Below the pieces are notes generated by a model. The model was not told the DNA's origin, ran no database searches, and saw nothing but the letters and a program-made list of their open reading frames with translations. Position numbers and translations under genes: made by a program. From Pseudovirgaria hyperparasitica (taxonomy: Eukaryota): a stretch of 64,000 bases of DNA. The stretch is from the NCBI GenBank assembly GCA_010093815.1, contig ML996571.1; one strand, written 5' to 3'. Shown in pieces: positions 12,265-24,637 of this stretch (position 1 is the stretch's first letter; each line of letters opens with the position of its first letter).

Positions 12265-15199
12265 AATCTTGTTAATAGTGTCGACATGCCCGAGCCGCTT
12301 CCGAGGTTCTCCATCCATTGCGAGATTCCTTAGCGGCACGCTGAACGGAAGGCGTTAGCTCTGTGCTTTGGCCTTCACTTGATTGATGTATACACGACTC
12401 TGCAACAATATAGTGTCGTAGCAAGCAGCTGCACCAAACACCATTAGTCCAAGGCGACGACTACGAACGACCTTCCTATAGCTCTTAGGACTGACGTGCA
12501 AGCTGCCACCGGACGCGTCCGTAGCTCGAACTATGTCTGAAAAAGCATAGAGACATGCCTAGCGAAGGATCGGCCACAACTGTGGCATTTCCTGCCGACT
12601 GACTCCTTAGAAGCGTTCCCAAAGAAGTTCCACTCCAATAGCCGTGCACATCTCCAGGAGGGTCTGACCTTCTGCATATATATATGACGGAGCTGTCTTG
12701 GAAAACGATTGGTAGAGCCTATGTGCCTATGTGCCTGCCTTTGTCGGAGATTTCAAGGCCCGACTCCAGAACATGGCGAAAACAAGACCCGCGAGGTTGG
12801 TTGTTGGTCCAGCGCGATGGCGTCCTCGGGTCTGCGATCCGTTTCCTCTTTGTGTGATACCACGAGAAGGCTGCATAAGCTGCGGCAACGGGGAAGCGCG
12901 CCGCTACATGGTGCATTGTTGCTTACAGACTGCTAACAGTCCTTTGATCGTCTCGGTTCTTTTGTACTCTTTCAAGAGTGCTTGAAGACCAGACGAACAT
13001 AGAACGAAGAAGCAAGGAGCACCAATACCTATGCTTTGTTACCATTTCACGGGCTTCACGCATGGTGAAGGTAATAATCAAAGCATCATTTGTCCAAGGA
13101 TAATGCAAGGCGGTGTTATGCAGGCTTACCTGAGGTGAGGCCACCGAAAAAGTAGGCGTGATTTTAGGAGAACGGGCTTCCATGTTACCCACTCATGGGT
13201 TTTATCACTATCACTAAAAGCAGGGTCTTATTATCCAGTTTTTTGGAGTAGATTTTTGGCCATACACGCAAACGCAGCTATTATAGAGAGAAGGAACCTA
13301 GAAAATACCGTCACACCGATAATGATTACCAACTACCGCAGGTGATTTATGTGATGCTGGCTTTCTTCCTTGACTATGGTTAGTATAATTAGAAAATAAG
13401 CATGTTAGTGCTCTGATAGGTGTTGCCTGTGACTTGATATTCATCACGCAGTGTCCATCGGTAATATTAAGTCTCGTCTCCGTCGGCAACGTTTGAAACG
13501 TGGCTCTCTCCACATGGAAGCATGGATGTGTGCCCTAATGGCCATAAGCCATTTCACAGAGTGCCAGCTTAACATGATACTAAGGCGTGTGATGGGGCAC
13601 GAAAAATTCAACCAGGACATTGGGGCTAGAGATGGCTAAAAATCCTTCAGGGTGCGAGATTCAAGTTTTCTTGTCCAAAGGAGCCTGCCGGGTGACAGGG
13701 GCTTCGGTCCCTGCGACTGCATGTGGGCATGTGGGTGTGGACATGAAACATGGATGCATACACCAATACAGGACCGGACAGGGTACGGACAAGCTGTAGT
13801 CTAAACCTTGAAGAGTCTGCTGTTGCTCTTGTTTTTGGTAATGGCCTGGCAAGATGGGTCGATGACATTTCATTACAGACTGTGTGCAATGCGTGATCAG
13901 AGCTGACGTAGGAGACGACAAGGGTCAAAATGACATTTCCGTGGATGAACATTAGTCTATAGTGTCCGTAGAAAAGGTAAGGTCGGGCGCCCCTCATCCA
14001 TGTAGGAGGTGGGGTCCGCATGTAATATGATAGTAGTAGGAGAATACGTTGGGATGAGATACGAGTCAAGAAAAGCTAGGTATACTACTGCAGGATGCTT
14101 ATTGCTGTGTGTACTGAAAACCCTCAGATATCACAGACGACAAGATGGGATGGCAGCGGCAAATGATAACTAATTACATGGTGATACTGTAGTGGTAATA
14201 ATACCGGTCGACCCAAAAACGTTCATGGATGCAGGAGGGACGACCCACTGCGATCCACATGGCCTCGAATGATCAGCTGTCGGTGTCGTCGTGTTAACAG
14301 TCGACTTGGGCATAGGTAGCAATGGTAGCCATAACCCACGGATGAATTGGGATTGGGGATTGGGGATCGCGGCGATGGAGCCCGTCTAAAGGACCAAATA
14401 AGACTCCCCGGCGCGCACGAAAAGACGAGCCAACCCTGGCTATCATGGCCGCTAATTAGTGGAGATGCACCATTCGTGAGAAAGTCCATGCTCCTCCTTG
14501 TTGCCTCTACTGTACTAACAAACTGCTTGTTGCTACTCAAGACCGACGACTCACCACTCACCACTCACCACTCTTCGCTCGCGCTCCATGGGCTGGTCCG
14601 TTGTGCTCTGGCAGCATCTTTCCATATTTTGCTTGTGCTGCCTGCTACGCTAGAAAGACCGTCTTGTATCCGTCCCTCTCCGGCTCTGTTGCTGGCTTCC
14701 TGTTTCTCCCTCTATTATCTCTCTTTGCCTGCGCTCCCTGTCTGCCAGGCCTCCTGCAGATTGTCTCTCGTTGACTGAGAGCCTGTCTCCCCCTCAGCTG
14801 ACTGCACCAGGCATTTACTTGTTTCTGTCGCAGTTCCCCGTCACCTAATTTTTCTCTCGATTGACCCTCGCAACCTTGGTTGCTTCAATCGTGCCGATTT
14901 CCATATTCGCTTCGAGCACGCCGACTGCTATTGTGTTGTGCACTATCTCCACCCACGCACCGATACTGTTATATCCGTCTGCCTATTCACCCCTCCGACT
15001 ACCGAGCACAATACCTCAGCCTCTGTTCGAGACGCATCCCATCACCTGCCGCACATACTGAAGCCCTTGTAATTTCTGCCGACCCTTTTGGACTCGATCT
15101 CACAGCATTGGTATATCACGAACCGTACCGAATTTGACGAATCTTCGAATACCCGGCCTACTGAGCTGCTACTAGCGTCAATTATAATTTCGTATTTGT

Positions 15200-16491
15200 A
15201 TGGCCCCGAGGATGTGTTTCGGAAGGAAGTCAGAGGACCCCGAGTCCCGAAGAAATGAGGCAATTGAGAAGCAATTAAAGCTGGACAAGAAGAAGCAGGA
15301 GAGAGAGGTGAAGCTGTTGCTGCTAGGTCAGTAATTGGATGTCGTCACAAGTGAGCTAGCTAAAAGACTGACGTTGCACAAAAAGGTGCTGGAGAAAGTG
15401 GAAAGTCCACTGTCCTCAAGCAAATGCGAGTCATACATGCCGGTGGCTTTTCCAGATCTGAAAGGAAGCAGTGGCGGGTGGTTATATTCAACAATCTTGT
15501 CAATGCTTTCCAAATACTCTTCGCTGCTATGCAAGAGCAGGATACGGAGTTCGAAGATGAAGACAATATTGTACGATTGTCTCATTGAGCACGATCGAGT
15601 ACACGGCTGACTCCAGACTCCAGAGACTCGCAGACTTGGTAGCATCGGATCCCGACCTCAGTCCCGAGGACCCTCTGCCAATCGACTGTTTACATGCCTT
15701 CACAAGTTTGTGGGCAGATAAAGGCGTACAACTGGCCATGCTCAAAGGCAACGAGTACGCTCTGCATGACAATCTGAGCTAGTATGAATGACAATCCACT
15801 GGGCGAGACCTTTAGACTTACTTCAAGCAGCTTTTTCGCAGACATCGACAGGCTCTTCGCAAGAGACTATATGCCAACTGATCAAGATATCTTGCGCACA
15901 AGGTTAAGAACAACTGGAATTACGGAAACAATCTTTGACCTGGGTAACCTCACGTATCGAATGTTTGATGTCGGTGGTCAGCGGTCCGAACGTAAGAAAT
16001 GGATCCATGTCTTTGACAACGTTCAAGTGGTATTGTTTCTTGTTGCCATCAGTGGGTATGATCACGTACTCGTAGAAGATCGTAATGGGGTGAGATCGAT
16101 AAATCGCATATGTTAGCACACATTGCTGACCCGTCCCTAGAACCAAATGCACGAAGCACTCATGCTGTTCGAATCAATATCCAATTCAAAGTATTTCCAC
16201 AATTCTGCTTTGATATTGTTCCTCAACAAGATAGACCTCTTTCGAGAAAAAATATCTTCCGGCATGAGTCCTATCAGCAAGCACTTCCCGGATTTCACCG
16301 GCAAGGCCAACGATATCAGAGCAGGCGAGGAGTTCTTTGCCCAGAAATTCAGAAACCTCGTTCGACAACAGAGGAAAGAGGTAGTGTACGTCCACTTTAC
16401 GAACGCCACCGATACGGACTTGTTGCGCAAGACAATGGCTTCTGTTCAAGATATGATTGTTCAGACCAACCTCGATAAGCTGATCCTGTGA
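15200..16491 (+). CDS. gna-2: Heterotrimeric G-protein alpha subunit, fungal group II (GNA-2/MagC-like); 4 introns; start ATG 15200 or 15212
   Basis: MCFGRK N-terminus with no Gly2; [50 protein letters not shown]-terminal NLDKLIL. Confidence 0.93.
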
Positions 16492-17340
16492 GACTGAGAC
16501 TTTTCATTTGCCACCACTGTCGCAGCAATCTCCGAATAGGTCTTCTAACAATCAAAAGTGGCCCAGGGCCTGGCAGGAAACCCAAAGAAGCCACTGGTAT
16601 TCTTTAGATTCCTATGGCAAACACCACCCCCTCATCGTGTCCCTCGGGGGACAAACCCATCGCGCAGACCACATCTATCTACCCACCTAGACCGCAGCCT
16701 TGGACCTATCAATGAAGGCGTTGATCTTCTCATGACTCACCATAAACGACGCAACGCTGCATCTTATTTACGGTTTGAAGTATTTTAGTACTTCGACGCA
16801 GGACGGTATACTGCATCAAAACTTCGTCCTATCTGCTGGTTGGCTTGAGTGGTCTAAAAAGTCGGCGGCAGCGAAACGGAAGCGCTATGTACCGGGGGTT
16901 AAGGTCGGAGGGCCCGAGTCTATCGGGACTCTGTGCTATAGTTTGCACTAAGCAATTGATCCATCTGTTAATATTGTCGACCCTATCAAAGGCACCTCGA
17001 TAAGTTGTAATTAGATATCCAAATATTGAAAGATTTACACGTACCTTGACGCTATTGTCACCAAGCCTTTTAACTGTCCTGTGTTTATTTATCAGGACAT
17101 CGGTGCCATTAAACAAAGAAACTTATGACCCCGTGACAGCTTCCAAGGTTGGCGTAATAACCGGTGACCATGAGCCACGACCTCAGGTTGCAAGCGAGCT
17201 CGGACCACTGACAGCTCTTCAACAACTTACCGACCTTTAACCTCATCTCTGACATCCTTCTTGACTCTGGCACTGCACGTCGCCTCTTACTGTCAACAGC
17301 CATCCCTCTGTTACCGACAGACTCTCATAGTCGTCTGGCA

Positions 17341-18484
17341 ATGCTCGCCCCAGCTTTGCGGAGGATTGTCCAGCCAGCATGCGCCGCCTGCTCTACTCCT
17401 ACGCAATCTGTTAGCCGCGCAACAGGCCTTACCATCACCGCTACTACGCAAGCTCTTACCCATCGGCCACTCCACCAGCGCCGACACTCATCTTCGAAGG
17501 CCTCCTCACCTCCAGATGAGGATTCTAAAGCAGTCCCGGGTCCCAGTCAGCCTGCGAAGAGCTCAGCCTCGGGCAAGACGACAGTAAAGAGTTCTGCTGG
17601 TCGCGGTCGACCCAGAAAGGCTCTTTCGCCGTCTCACAACATCCCCAAAGTCCCGTCAACGACACACTTGGAGAGAATTGGTAAGCAAGTCCGTCTATTC
17701 TTAGGTTGATGGAGCCATTCTGACAGTCATAGATGTGCACACGTCATCGTGCTTCGCCATGCACCGACCGATATCGGTGACGACGCCTTTCCCTCCTGCA
17801 TCTTCCCTCGAATCTTTCAATTCTCTATTCGACGCGAAACCAACCAATTTTTCTGACGTAATATATACCCTCAACGACGTCGTGGAATCGCTAGAAGCTG
17901 CGGGCCAGTTCAAGGAAGAAGTGGACCTACGTGAACCTCAGATGCAAGCATATGGCCCCAGTGGGGCACATATGGGAGCGCCTCTGACTACTGCTGAACT
18001 GGAACAACTGCTTGTGCAATGTGTCCCGTTTCGGCCACCACCTCCGCCTGTTCCAGTAGAAGTGCCCCATAAGGCCAAGAGCGCATCTCGAGTACAACCT
18101 GCGCTGCGAGGTCCTCCCAAGCAAAAGTCATGGAGCGTCAACGTTAATGTGACTGAGTCGACAGACTCTGCTGGACGACGAACATGGACTTTCGCGGCAT
18201 CTGAGCCAAAAGCAGTCGATGGCGTCGATCCCGTTACAGAATCGTCCGCAGCCACTGACACTACGCATTCACGCAGAGTTGCCAATCAGCCATTTCTTCG
18301 ACGTATGTATGCTCGCTCCCAAGATAGACAAGCATATCTCCAGACTCTGGGCTTGAGACTAAGGCCTAAGATGCATCTCATCAGCGTGAAGCGGCAACGA
18401 AAGATCAAGATGAAGAAGCACAAGTACAAGAAGCTTAGAAAGCGCACGAGAATTGAGCGACTGAAGCTTGCTGCGCGGCATTGA
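17341..18484 (+). CDS. COX24: Mitochondrial ribosomal protein mS38 / COX24 C-terminal domain (DUF1713) protein; intron 17681-17732
   Basis: Arg/Ser-rich presequence; C-terminal ISVKRQRKIKMKKHKYKKLRKRTR. Confidence 0.85.
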
Positions 18485-19410
18485 TAGACGAACATATTCG
18501 AATCTCCTCGCCTTAAGCATTTCAATCCATACTTGCACCACACGGGCTAGATCATCATTGTATAGACCAACATGGTTACGCGTAACATGCTTCTTTCCTG
18601 CTCCCATCATAGAATGAATAGTCTATTAGCATTGAAATTCCATTGGAATATGAACTTCAGTACGCCTTCATGCATCGCAGTACATAACGCTTAGCGATCC
18701 TGGTTGAACAGCATCGCTCATTTGGATTATATTGTGTGACCGCCGCGCTGTATATCTATTATGATAACGCATTCGCCACATATCCTGAGTAATAGCGCTT
18801 CGCTGACTGCGCATGCTGTTGAAACTGACCTGCGACAGAGTTAGTCACATCACAGAAGTTGTGGCTTGTCAGTTGACTGGGGTCTTCCGATGAACACCCA
18901 CGTTCTACTCTTAACCGAGATGTGTCCAAGTTATTGCATACAAAACATGTAGGCGATCGTCCCATAGATCTGGAGTATGGAGTTCGCTTCTGATGAAGTC
19001 TTTTGCCGACGTAGCAAGCAAGTCGCCGACCCCAGTCTCTTACCACCGATCCGGTCAGAGATCTTGCTTGGTGCTTGGTAGTGCCAACCAGTAGATGCCT
19101 CTCAAATGAAGCTATGGATGACTTCGATCCGCTACTCGATGGAAAATTACTCGTCGGCACCGTTACAGAGTTACTAATTAGGGGGCTTCTTCAGATTCAA
19201 ATCTACTATAAGATGGTCACGAGTAGCTACCTATGGATCACTTCTCCAGCACAGCTCACTATTCGCATCGTTTTCGAATTTGACTTCTTCTTATCTTTTA
19301 TCAGCACTTACATTCTTTCCTCCGGCAGGCCGAATTTTCCCAGAGCTAGTCTCATATACTATTGAAATTGACACAACTATCAACATATATATTCTATCAC
19401 GTCCAGCAAG

Positions 19411-20707
19411 ATGTTGTATCATTTTTCGGTTATGACTGTTATTGTTGCATTGGCAGAAGCTCGGTGAGATTCATCTGTCGGAATCCAGGTCATGTGCTGA
19501 CGAGATGCAAGCTTCGGTCAAGAACAAGTCCCAATATCAGCCATAGGACAAGTCCAAGGCGGGGAGCCTGGTGTAGCACAAACTATCGCTGGTGCAGCTA
19601 TCAGTGATCTACTTGCTGGCACTAATGCTTGTGATAAGGTATATGACCCTGTACGTGACCCAGTGTAGTCGATATGTGCTGATAGTTCTTAGTTGTCACG
19701 AGCCGACCAGATCATCGCCGAGCTTGGTGATGGCGCAGATGCTCTAGCCGCTGCCATCGGAATGGTAGCAGCTGAGAAGAATGTCAATCCCTTCAACTCG
19801 CAAACGCCTGTAGTATGCAGTGACCCTAGCCTTCCTTCCACAGAAGCATTACGAGGTATCACGCCACTTGTTGACCCAGACTTCGCGGATGCAGATATTG
19901 CAAACTCGCTCAGTTCTCAGACTGTCACTACTCCGCTGGATGCGACCAACAAGAGCATACTGGATCTTATGCAAGAGGCCGGTGTAGCCAATGTTGCGGG
20001 TCAAGCTCCTGGCGGTGCAGTTGGAGCTGTTAACCCCGGAGCAGCAACTGGTAATGCGGACTCAGGTATGGTGGACCAAGATGCTGGAGCTGTAGATGCT
20101 GGTAATGCAACCGCTGTTGCTCCCATAGCTGCCTGTAACGGTACGGCTGTTATTGGTAAGACAGATTGTCGATCCACTCTCTGATGGGCTCGTGTCTAAC
20201 AATGTAACAGGAAGCAACCAAACAGCCAGCAACGTAACGAACCCTCCAGTGGATGCCGGTGCTGACACAGGGGCTAATGGCACCGACCCTGCATCTGACG
20301 CGGCAACGTCTCTCGACGGCGCCGATTTTGGTCTCTGTACTCCCACCATGACTTTCGAAGGCGGACGTGCGAATCGCGCAGCGGATGAGTTCACATTCCT
20401 CCCAGCTGATCCACTCGTCGCCCAGGGTCAACAAGAAGCCCTGAATCCAAACATCATCACAAACCGTATTTGCGATCAATTGACGAATGTTTGCGAGGCT
20501 AATGATGCGGCAAAGACGGCATGTCTGGATGCGAAGGCGCAAATTTTGGCACTGGGTACGAGGGATAAGACCACAGCTGATACATGGAACACACTGCTGG
20601 GCTTTGATGGTGCGGTCACAAATCCCAGTGGTGGGCCTGCAGAACCACCTGCTGCTGCGCGTATGAAGGCGGGGACCAAGAGGAGCGCCAGAGTGTTCAT
20701 CGCTTGA
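19411..20707 (+). CDS. Conserved secreted Cys-containing protein of unknown function; introns 19464-19511, 19639-19692, 20156-20210
   Basis: Signal peptide MLYHFSVMTVIVALAEA|RFGQEQ; all splices restore frame; two Cys-bearing domains (ACDKL..VCSDP; DFGLCTP..NRICDQLTNVC..AC) joined by an A/G/N/T linker. Confidence 0.85.
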
Positions 20708-21154
20708 ACAACCCAGTCAAGAGCCCAGATCCACGCACGATTTCAACCATGGAATCTACGAAGACTTGACAAATTCCTTATGTAGAATCATTGGGTGTAT
20801 CTTACATTGTAGCGTAGCAGAAGTGTCGCATCATCGAGCGGACAATCAAGACCGTGACAAATTATCATAGAAGGCCCGTTCATTTGGCTAGACGAAGTAT
20901 CGATGTTTCTTTCTGGTGAAGTGTTCAGCGTCTGCATTAATTATTAATGATACTGAGAGCTGGCCCGGGAGTCTCATCGATCTCACTCTAGCTGTCTTGA
21001 GCTTAGTAGCATCCTATCTAGCTCGGCTCGGGAGTGGATGATGTCAACATCATACTACCGTGTAAAACGTCAAGGCTCATCGACTTTACCTTTTTCTCTT
21101 CTGCCAGCAGAGAATAGTTTATATTCGAATGAATCTAATTGATACTTCCTAAAG

Positions 21155-22175
21155 ATGTCGTCACTACGTGTTTTCGCTCGGTCTCCCAGAGCCCTCCTTG
21201 GCCTGTCGCGCCCACTGAGCACAACCACTACTCGTTTCGCAAACCTCAACGATAGAGGTAATGATACAGCGGAGATACACCGCGAGATACAGAAGAAGAA
21301 GCCGTTGAATCCTCATATGACAAACACCACTTCAACAATCGCCAATGAGTTCCCAAATGTCGGTAAAGACAAGCCTCCGCCAGAGATGATCACCTCGGTT
21401 GATCCCAATTACACACCGAAAGACTCCGTACCTGAGAACACCGAACGTATGACTGGCGGCACCCAGAAATCAGCACCAGATGCGGGTCCCAATAAGGATC
21501 TCGATGTCGGTGAAATCGAGGGTGGCTCGTTCAAAGTCGAGCCGCTGAGGAGAACTGGAGAAGACGTGAACACTACGCGTGCAAGGTTATTATGTCCGTT
21601 ACTACGAGTACCCCTGTACATTTTCTGTGCGCGGATTACATGCTGACACGGTATACTCAGATCAGAGCCGGAAACGGGGAACTCTCGAAAGTGATCTGCT
21701 CCTTTCTACCTTCGCTGATGCAAACCTCGAATCCATGAATGCTACGCAACTCGAGCAATACGATCTATTCCTCGATGAAAATGATTGGGACATATACTAC
21801 TGGGCCACGCAAGAACCAACACCTACGTCGATGGATTACGCGGAAGGGGCTGGCGCTGATATGGCCAATCCGAACGTCCAAGGCCAGAACCCACAAGGCA
21901 AAGCTCCGATCGAGACTGCAGAGTGGAAGCGACCACCTGTACAGGGAGAGTGGGCGCAGACAGTTGGCGCGTTCAAGCCAGCGTACAGACCGGTGCCTAG
22001 GAGGTGGAAAAACTCAGAAATTCTGTCATTGCTGAGGAAGCATGTCAAGGATCGTAGTGCAGGAGGTGTACATCATGAAGAGTCAGGCATAAATGAAAAG
22101 GACCTGGGACAACGTACTGAAGCGACAGGTGGGGGTGGACTAGGGAGAATGCCTGATATTAAACCTTTTAACTAA
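21155..22175 (+). CDS. SDH5: Succinate dehydrogenase assembly factor 2; intron ~21593-21660
   Basis: Mitochondrial presequence; [35 protein letters not shown]. Confidence 0.95.
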
Positions 22176-22615
22176 GGCCGTATTAGTGCACTGTATTCAA
22201 TCCCAGCATATATTGCTTCTAGGTAGGTTGTGTGAGCCCTCCACTGTACATATGAAGACTTCAGCTACTGTGCTTAATGAGAGACTATAATCTGCTCTAG
22301 ACAGTGACTTCAGCCGTTCAAATTCGATTCATAACGCATATTCTTTGCTCTTACGGTAGTCCAAGCAACAGATACTGCGATATGATCGCTGTGCAGAGTG
22401 TCATCGCAATCAATAACTGGGAGGAGTACCATTCGAGGGAGGTGTGAAATGAGATGAAGGTAGTGACTAGCTTTAATCCCAGAAGTGTCGCACTTTCTCC
22501 ATTCCGTTCTTCTCGATATAGGTAGACACGCTTTACCTGAAGCGCTCAGCTACAATCACTGTCCTTCACTTCTTAGCAGATAGCTCTACTCCCATTCATC
22601 CAGCTCTTTTCAAAT

Positions 22616-23842
22616 ATGTGGCTATCACATATTACCTCTTTTGCTCGGCCCCCTCTTACTGCGCGTCTGCAATGGAAACTAGTCTATCCCACGTACAAGT
22701 CTATGTTATCTACTAGATTGTGTAGCTGCTCGAACATCGTGCGCCCCACGATCGCCGCTTCGCCCAATGCTACCTATGGCTCCTACGGATTCTCCGATGG
22801 CGCCTCGTACGGATCTCTCGCCGCTGACGTGAATGAAGGCACCGGAGGGGTAGGATCTAAAGTAGGCAAAAGTCGATTCATAGACTTCGATCTCACCGGT
22901 GGGGTCTACATCGTCACGGGTATGCCTGTCCAGACGTATGCGGGAAGCGTCACGCTGAATAATACGAATTATAGGTGCTGCTCAAGGTCTCGGACTGAGT
23001 ATGGCTGAGGGCGTCGCCGAAGCCGGTGGTACAGGTATATCAGCTCCTATCACATAAGATACGAAACGTGTAGTTCATGTCGGATAAATAGTCTACTGTC
23101 TCGATCGCCAAAGAGAATGCGGATCCAACTTTTCGAACGCCCAGGAGTTGATCCCTCGCGATTCGCAAGGTGCTATGATCTATGGTCAGGTTGACGTACA
23201 AGACACCAAAGCACTACACAGAACTATCCAGGACATCGCCGATAAGCATGGTCAACTCAATGGCTGTATAGCGGCTGCCGGTATCAATGAAGTCATACCA
23301 GCTCTCGAATACACCGTATCACAGTCGAACCACACGATGTCCATAAATTTCGACGGTGTCATGCAGACGGCCACTGCGTGTGCAAAACAAATATACAAGC
23401 ACAATACCCCCAACGGATCAATCGTCCTTATTGCATCTATGTCTGGCGTTGTTGCGAATCGAGGACTGAACTGCCCAGTATATAATGCATCCAAGGCTGC
23501 TGTGACTCAGCTTGCAAGAAACCTCGCAATGGAATGGGGTCGAAAAGAGGAAGACGGATCTGGTGGCATTAGGGTAAACTGTATCAGCCCTGGAAATATA
23601 CTGACACCACGAGTGGTACAGCACTTCGTTGACCAGCCGCACCTCAGGTCGCAATGGGAGGATGGAAACATGCTCGGGAGAGTGAGTCGGGCCGAGGAAT
23701 TCGGGGGGGCTGGGATATTCTTGTTGAGCAAGGCAAGCAGCTTCATGGTAAGAAGTCTATTCTCTCCATGTAACCAACTTTCCTGATTCAGAAACAGACT
23801 GGCCACAATATGCTCATCGATGGTGGATACACTTCATGGTAA
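22616..23842 (+). CDS. Short-chain dehydrogenase/reductase (arabinitol/sorbose-reductase-like); at least 3 introns; start uncertain
   Basis: Spliced VTG|AAQGLG, IAAAGI, IASMSG, YNASK, RVNCISPG, TGHNMLIDGGYTSW*. Confidence 0.88.
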
Positions 23843-24244
23843 GGCGTGGTAGTAAGCCTTCGACCTTCACATCGACTGTACATCGTCCACGACCTAAAGA
23901 CAGAGGAGTGCCCAAAGAAAGTTCTCAAAAGAAACAATTGAGAGCAGAGTGAAGAGTGGAGAGGCGAGGACAGAGAGAACGTCGCAATGGCCTTACTTCC
24001 GCTCAATTCTAACTAGCTGGACGACAACGACCACAGTGGTTATAGGTGTAATTGCATTATACTCACCAGGGCATCATTCTTCGCTACTGTTCACGTTCGA
24101 ATGGGACAGCATGTTCTCAGGGGGTGGAGAGACAGAGCGTGAGGACAATGTGGTCTGGATGGTAGGACCTGAGAGCATTGCTTTTTCGTTGAACTGTAAT
24201 AGACTTCTGCAATGCTCACCAGAGTCTGTAATTTCATACATCGG

Positions 24245-24371
24245 AATGATCTGACGGAATAGGGCGCATTATGCCTCTGCAATTCCCTTAAGGGGAGGAT
24301 TAGGATCGGACAATTAGTGTGTCGCAATAATCTAGGCCTTGAGACCGGTAAAGGCGACACAATGTACAGTC
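24245..24371 (+). ncRNA. Candidate H/ACA snoRNA 1
   Basis: Hairpin GATCT/GGATC with CCTC/GAGG inner stem; variant H box GGACAA 24308-24313; stem TGTGTCGC 24318-25 / GCGACACA 24354-61; ACA at 24366-68. Confidence 0.35.
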
Positions 24372-24570
24372 TTGCTCTATATTTATCATTGCCGGCGAGG
24401 GACCACTAAGCTGAGTGAGCACTGTGCCCGAGAGCGGCTTTCATCGTTATGATCTTTACGGGTACCCTTCATTTTATGAACTTTTACCTGCAGGTGCTAT
24501 AAAGCACAGCAACCTGGTCCATTTCGCTTTATCGATATTCTTGTGAGGTATCGCAAAATGGGCCACATTT
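24372..24570 (+). ncRNA. Candidate H/ACA snoRNA 2
   Basis: Stem TGCTCTATA/TATAAAGCA with inner GTGCCCG/CGGGTAC; H box ACAGCA 24506-11; stem GGTCCATTT 24516-24 / AAATGGGCC 24556-64; ACA 24565-67 plus 3 nt. Confidence 0.55.
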
Positions 24571-24637
24571 GCCAATGTTCATTAGATATCGCTCGCTCGG
24601 ACGTCAAAGTGTTAAAGCAAAGGCGGTGGTCTCGTGA

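Noticed and set aside
14347..15137. Leu/Ser-rich ORFs upstream of G-alpha
   Set aside because: Products of a CT-rich promoter/5' UTR
16829..17116. 95-aa minus-strand ORF in an AT-richer patch
   Set aside because: Non-ATG start, no motif, lies in the COX24 upstream region
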